Shown piece by piece: positions 59,711 through 64,000 of a DNA stretch of 64,000 bases. The notes beneath the pieces were generated by a model. It ran no database searches. It saw only the letters and a program-made list of their open reading frames with translations, and was not told where the DNA came from. The DNA lies in the NCBI GenBank assembly GCA_963776345.1, contig CAVZMH010000016.1, forward strand, positions 672,001-736,000, written 5' to 3'. The first letter of the stretch is position 1. Each line of letters begins with the position of its first letter. The translations under genes were made by a program, and so were the position numbers. The stretch is from an uncultured delta proteobacterium (lineage in GTDB: Bacteria; Myxococcota; Myxococcia; Myxococcales; Myxococcaceae).

Positions 59711-59759
59711 GGGGGGGCCAGCCGTTCAGGGAAAAATTCCCGGGCGGTTCCGGCCTCGC

Positions 59760-61439
59760 TCAGCGCTCGGCGGGTGGATGCTCGAGGGTGGCGGTGCGGC
59801 CCTGGACCAGCTGCACGGTGTAGGGCCGAGGCACGCCGTCGGGCCCGGTGAGCTCGACCACGTGGCGCCCGGCGGGGAGCCGCACCGTCCTGCTGCCCTG
59901 GACGTAGCCAGCGCGCTTGCCGTCCACCCGGAGCTCGGCCCAGGGCTTGGCGCGGATCAACAGCCGCGCACGAGCGGTGGACGGGGGCGCCCCCCCTCCC
60001 CTGCTCCCCGGAATCGCCCCCGGCGTGGTGGAGGAGGCGGGCGCGGCCGCCCGGTTCGCGGCCACTGCCACCGGAGGGGCAGACGGTGGGGCGGACGGCG
60101 ACTCCGCGAGCGGACCCGCCCTCGCCGGTGGGGCCCCGTCCTCGCCGCCCGGCGACGCCGTCACCGCCGCTTCCGGCGCCGGCCGTACGCCGCCGGGAGC
60201 ACGGGAGGCCACCGCCTCACGGCGCTCGCGCCAGGCCCCCAGCACCGAGGGGCCCGAGCGGAGCGCAACGCCAGCCACCGCGGCGACGACCACCACGGCG
60301 AGCAGGAGGCCCGCCCGGCGCCCGGTTCGCCGCGCGACGCCGGTGAGGACCTCGGTGGGCGCAGGCTCGGCGGCGTCAGGGATGACCAGCTCCGTCGACT
60401 GCGCCCGGGCGCTCGAGTCGCCGGGGGCCGACCCGTCCGCAGGCCCTCCGCGGGGGCCGGAGAGCGAGAGCGAGACCGGGATGGACGGGCTGACGTTCAC
60501 CGGCTCGGCAACCCCGGCCTCCTCGGGGAACATCCGGCGGAGGAAGGCGCCCACGTCGGTGTCCTCGAGCGAGCGGGCCCCGCCGAGGAGGACCTCGGCG
60601 AGGGCGCGCTCCAGCTCGTGCGCCGTGGCCCAGCGGCGGTCGCGATCGCGCTCCAGCGCGCGCATCACCGCGGCGTCCAGCGGCGCGGCCACCGCGGGAT
60701 TGAGTCTGGCCGGCGGGACGATCAGGCGCTCCTGCACCGCGCGCAGCACCGCCACGTCGCCATCGCCCTCGAACAGGCGCGCTCCGGTGAGCAGCTCCCA
60801 GAGCGTGACCCCCAGGGCGAAGACGTCGGTCCGCGCGTCGACCAGGTCGCCCCGGGCCTGCTCCGGGGACATGTACGCGAACTTGCCCTTCAGCATCCCG
60901 GATCCGGTGGCCCGGCCCCCGGCCTTGGCGATTCCGAAGTCGGTGAGCTTCACCGCCCCGTCGAAGCTGAGGAGCACGTTGTGCGGGGTGACGTCCCGGT
61001 GGACGAGCTCGAGGCTCTGCCCGTTCTCGGTCAGCCGGTGGGCGTAGGCGAGCCCGCGCGCGACCTCCATGCCGATCTGCGCGACGAGGATCGGCGGGAG
61101 GGCCACCCCGCGCTCCTGGCACCGCCGGCGGAGCTCCCAGAGCGAGTGGCCGCGCACGTACTCCATGGCCAGGTAGTAGGTGTCCTGGTGCTTGTCGAAG
61201 TCGAAGATGTGGACCAGGTTGGCGTGGTTGAGGCGGCTCGCCACTCGCGCCTCGGCGATGAACATCCTCACGAAGTCGGGATCACCGGCCAGGCCCGGAC
61301 GGACGCGCTTGATGACCACGTCCTTCTCGAAGCCCTCCGGGCCGAGCGCCGCGGCGAGGTAGATCTCGGCCATGCCGCCCTCGGCGAGCTTGCGCCGGAC
61401 GACGTACTTGCCGATGGGCGTTCCGGCGGCGAGCGTCAT
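59760..61439 (-). CDS. Membrane Ser/Thr protein kinase with C-terminal PEGA-like domain
   Basis: LAEGGMAEIY, VVIK, HRDVTPHN, DFG, KGKFAYMSPEQ, DVFALG; TM segment; PWAELRVDG. Confidence 0.93.
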   Translation of the reverse strand: MTLAAGTPIGKYVVRRKLAEGGMAEIYLAAALGPEGFEKDVVIKRVRPGLAGDPDFVRMFIAEARVASRLNHANLVHIFDFDKHQDTYYLAMEYVRGHSLWELRRRCQERGVALPPILVAQIGMEVARGLAYAHRLTENGQSLELVHRDVTPHNVLLSFDGAVKLTDFGIAKAGGRATGSGMLKGKFAYMSPEQARGDLVDARTDVFALGVTLWELLTGARLFEGDGDVAVLRAVQERLIVPPARLNPAVAAPLDAAVMRALERDRDRRWATAHELERALAEVLLGGARSLEDTDVGAFLRRMFPEEAGVAEPVNVSPSIPVSLSLSGPRGGPADGSAPGDSSARAQSTELVIPDAAEPAPTEVLTGVARRTGRRAGLLLAVVVVAAVAGVALRSGPSVLGAWRERREAVASRAPGGVRPAPEAAVTASPGGEDGAPPARAGPLAESPSAPPSAPPVAVAANRAAAPASSTTPGAIPGSRGGGAPPSTARARLLIRAKPWAELRVDGKRAGYVQGSRTVRLPAGRHVVELTGPDGVPRPYTVQLVQGRTATLEHPPAER

Positions 61440-61615
61440 CGCGGAGGTCGTGGCACGGGGCGGCGGGGCCGACCGCCTACGGTACCGGCCGCGTTCTCCG
61501 AGGGTCAAACGGCGCGCTCCCGGGCAACCGCCGCCCACACCGCCCCACGAGCCGAGGGGCCCGGGGGCTCGGTGTCCCAGATGTCAGTTGACCCCGGGCC
61601 GAACCGCGGGCATTC

Positions 61616-62170
61616 ATGGCCGCCGTGCACGAGACGACATCCGCGCGCCGGGTCGCCCCCGGACTCGCGCAGCGGCGCCGCGCGGCTCTCCTCGCTCCCC
61701 TGCTCGCCCTCGGCCTGTCCGCCTGCGCCTCGTCGCGGAGCGAGTCGTCGGGAGGAGCGCCGGCGCCGGGCTCGGTCCCCGGCTTCGTCCGGACCGACGG
61801 GCCCTGCTGGGTGGGCGGCCGCATCACGCTCGACCCCTCGCTCCGGGCGCAGTCACCGGCTGACGAGCTGGCCAACCTGGGTTGCGACAACGTGGTGCTG
61901 GTGATGAAGACCGACGACGGGAGCACGAAGCTGGTGCATGCCGACGGCGTCCTCGCCGGCGGCTGGGGCGAGTGCCGCTACCAGGTCACCGACGTGCCTC
62001 CCGGCGGCGCCACCTTCTCCGGGAAGGTCGTCGCCCTCTCCATCCCCGACTACCGGTACGCGCTGGTCTCCAAGGTCGAGTTCAACGCGGTGAAGTGCGG
62101 CGGCTCCCTGGCCTCGCTGAACCAGCAGCTCGACTTCGTGCTCACGGTTCCGGACGTTCGGGGTCGCTGA
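61616..62170 (+). CDS. Hypothetical lipoprotein
   Basis: Basic N-terminus, hydrophobic core, LSAC lipobox; four further Cys; gene-like codon usage. Confidence 0.7.
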   Translation: MAAVHETTSARRVAPGLAQRRRAALLAPLLALGLSACASSRSESSGGAPAPGSVPGFVRTDGPCWVGGRITLDPSLRAQSPADELANLGCDNVVLVMKTDDGSTKLVHADGVLAGGWGECRYQVTDVPPGGATFSGKVVALSIPDYRYALVSKVEFNAVKCGGSLASLNQQLDFVLTVPDVRGR

Positions 62171-64000
62171 CCTTCTTCCGCTCCGCCCACGGCGTGAGCC
62201 AGTAGAGCATCCCGTTCACGTCGGAGATCGAGAGGGCGACGAAGAGGTCGTGGAAGCCGGAGAGCTGCCGGACGCCGATCGACACGCCCAGCCGGTCCTG
62301 CAGCATCGAGACGCCCACCTCGCCGCCCCAGTCGGTGCCGCCGTTCCAGTGGACCGCAAAGCGCGGGCCAGCGGAGAGGGTGAGGCCCGCGAGGTGCACC
62401 GCCGGGCGGATGCCGAACGTGGAGCTGGTCCGCTTCCCGAACTCGATGTCCACCAGCTGCAGCGTGGAGAGGACCGAGAAGTTCGGCCCGAGCCGGAGCG
62501 CCGGCTCGATCCACGACAGCGCCAGCCCTCCCTGCGCCACGTCCAGCGCGGACCGGTAGGGGATCAGGTGCGCCACCCAGATGGGCCACCTCGGGCCATC
62601 GGCCAGGGGCACGCTGGGGACGGTCGAGGGGTCGAGCGTGAAGCGCACCGAGGACCCGTTGACGTCGCCCCGGGTCCAGACCTCCCCGGCGGACATGGCG
62701 AAGAGGATCCCCTTGCGCAATCCGGTCGACGAGGGCGCCGCCGTGGTGAGCTCGATGGTCGTCGCGCGGTCGAGGCCCCGCTGCACGGTCTCTCGCCAGA
62801 ACCGGGCCCGGTCCTCCACCGCCAGCCGCATCGCGTGGGACTCGGGCGTGTATCCGGCCTGGGCGAGCGCGGTGAGAAACTCGTCGAAGGTGATGTCGGC
62901 GATGCAGAGCGCCTCCGTGTCGTGCTCGGTGCAGGGCGACTTCTGCGAGATCAGCACGTACCCCACGATGCCCAGCGATCCGAGCGCGCGCGGATCCTTC
63001 GACGGGCCGAGCCAGCTCCACTCCGGCATCGCCAGCACCTTCCCGGTCTGGGCGCTGCTCCCCAGCCACGCCCCGAGCTCGGCCCGGGCGAGCCAGGCGA
63101 CGAGCGTGGAGGCCTTCTCGGAACGCGGAATCCCGAGCAGCTCGGCGAGTTGGCCCATCGCCGCGCCGACGCACCGCTGGGTGTCGAGCTGGACCAGGTC
63201 CAGCTCCCAGCTGTTCACCTCCCGGACCGGCGCCGGACGCTTCCGGTCCGCCGGGTCCTGCTCCCGGCAGACGAAGACCGCCGCGGCGTGGAGCCCGTCG
63301 TAGATGCCGGCGTAGTAGTCGAACTCGCGCAGGGGCCGGTCCAGGAACCCGCCGAAGTTGACCAGCTGCGCGCCGGCGAGCGGGCTGAAGCGGGTGGACA
63401 GCCCGAGGGTCCGCTCCGCGGTGCCCTCCGAGAGCAGGGCGCGGGAGTCCTGCGCCACCTGCACCGTGTCCGCGGTGAGCGACTGGAGGCGAGGACGGAG
63501 CTGCACCAGCCGGTCCAGCCGCTGCCATGCGCGGAGCAGCGGCCCGTCCACCTCCGACGGCGGGACGTCGTCCAGCGCCGAGAGCAGCGGCAGGAGCCGG
63601 GGGATCCCGAACAGGGTGCCGGGTGGCTCGGTCCCGAGCTCGTCCAGCACCTGCCGCGCCTCTGCGGGGATGGTGCCCGGCCCGGAGCGGGCTGCCAGGG
63701 CGGCGAGCGCGTCCTCGAGCTGGGCCGCCGCCACCCGCGCCGAGGACGGCCCCAGCACCTCGCTCTGGGTGAGGGACCCGAGCACCTCCCGCCGGAGCTG
63801 GAGCAGTCGCGCCTCGGGCAGCTCGCCGTGGCTCAGGAGCCCGAGCTGCTCGGCGAGGTAGATCTCGAACAGCGAGATGACCTCCAGCCGCTCGGCCAGC
63901 GTGCGTCCCATCTCGATGCGCGAGCGCGGGCTGCTGGAGGGGTCCAGCATCCTTCGCTCCGCGCCCTGACGGGCAGGGCTGCTCGGGTTGCCGAAGGTCC
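62142..64000 (-). CDS. C-terminal part of a large protein, possibly patatin-like phospholipase family; 5' end beyond window
   Basis: Frame stays open to window end; LAGAQLVNFGGFLD..LREFDYYAG.YDG resembles the tail of patatin-associated domains; beta-rich C-terminus. Confidence 0.55.
   Translation of the reverse strand, partial: TFGNPSSPARQGAERRMLDPSSSPRSRIEMGRTLAERLEVISLFEIYLAEQLGLLSHGELPEARLLQLRREVLGSLTQSEVLGPSSARVAAAQLEDALAALAARSGPGTIPAEARQVLDELGTEPPGTLFGIPRLLPLLSALDDVPPSEVDGPLLRAWQRLDRLVQLRPRLQSLTADTVQVAQDSRALLSEGTAERTLGLSTRFSPLAGAQLVNFGGFLDRPLREFDYYAGIYDGLHAAAVFVCREQDPADRKRPAPVREVNSWELDLVQLDTQRCVGAAMGQLAELLGIPRSEKASTLVAWLARAELGAWLGSSAQTGKVLAMPEWSWLGPSKDPRALGSLGIVGYVLISQKSPCTEHDTEALCIADITFDEFLTALAQAGYTPESHAMRLAVEDRARFWRETVQRGLDRATTIELTTAAPSSTGLRKGILFAMSAGEVWTRGDVNGSSVRFTLDPSTVPSVPLADGPRWPIWVAHLIPYRSALDVAQGGLALSWIEPALRLGPNFSVLSTLQLVDIEFGKRTSSTFGIRPAVHLAGLTLSAGPRFAVHWNGGTDWGGEVGVSMLQDRLGVSIGVRQLSGFHDLFVALSISDVNGMLYWLTPWAERKKVSDPERPEP

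Overview
Very GC-rich bacterial chromosome segment. Gene content and order point to Myxococcota: AsgB-like sigma-4 protein, MerR-like partner, Ser/Thr kinase, zinc-ribbon/TPR protein, and a purH-purD-lptFG-waaL-GT-wbaP block. Left to right it holds an oxalate-use operon (oxlT, oxalate-CoA ligase, PanE-like reductase), a ferredoxin, a PLP decarboxylase, an ADOP-type permease and class II ribonucleotide reductase nrdJ with tandem NrdR boxes. Then come DUF885, a racemase cluster, an ArgR-controlled arg operon (argC-argJ::argB-like-argR-argG-argH-argF), a giant cyclic beta-1,2-glucan synthase, YcbK, a lipid-modifying cluster, Lrp plus aminotransferase, and the LPS/purine/asgB block. I saw no rRNA, tRNA, CRISPR array or transposase. 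The most unusual signal is ArgJ fused to an acetylglutamate-kinase domain that has lost its catalytic motifs but kept the arginine-sensing termini, in an operon with no argD and a frameshifted argC. Five apparent frameshifts, mostly at G/C homopolymers, suggest long-read assembly errors. All calls come from motif recognition by eye; no searches were run.
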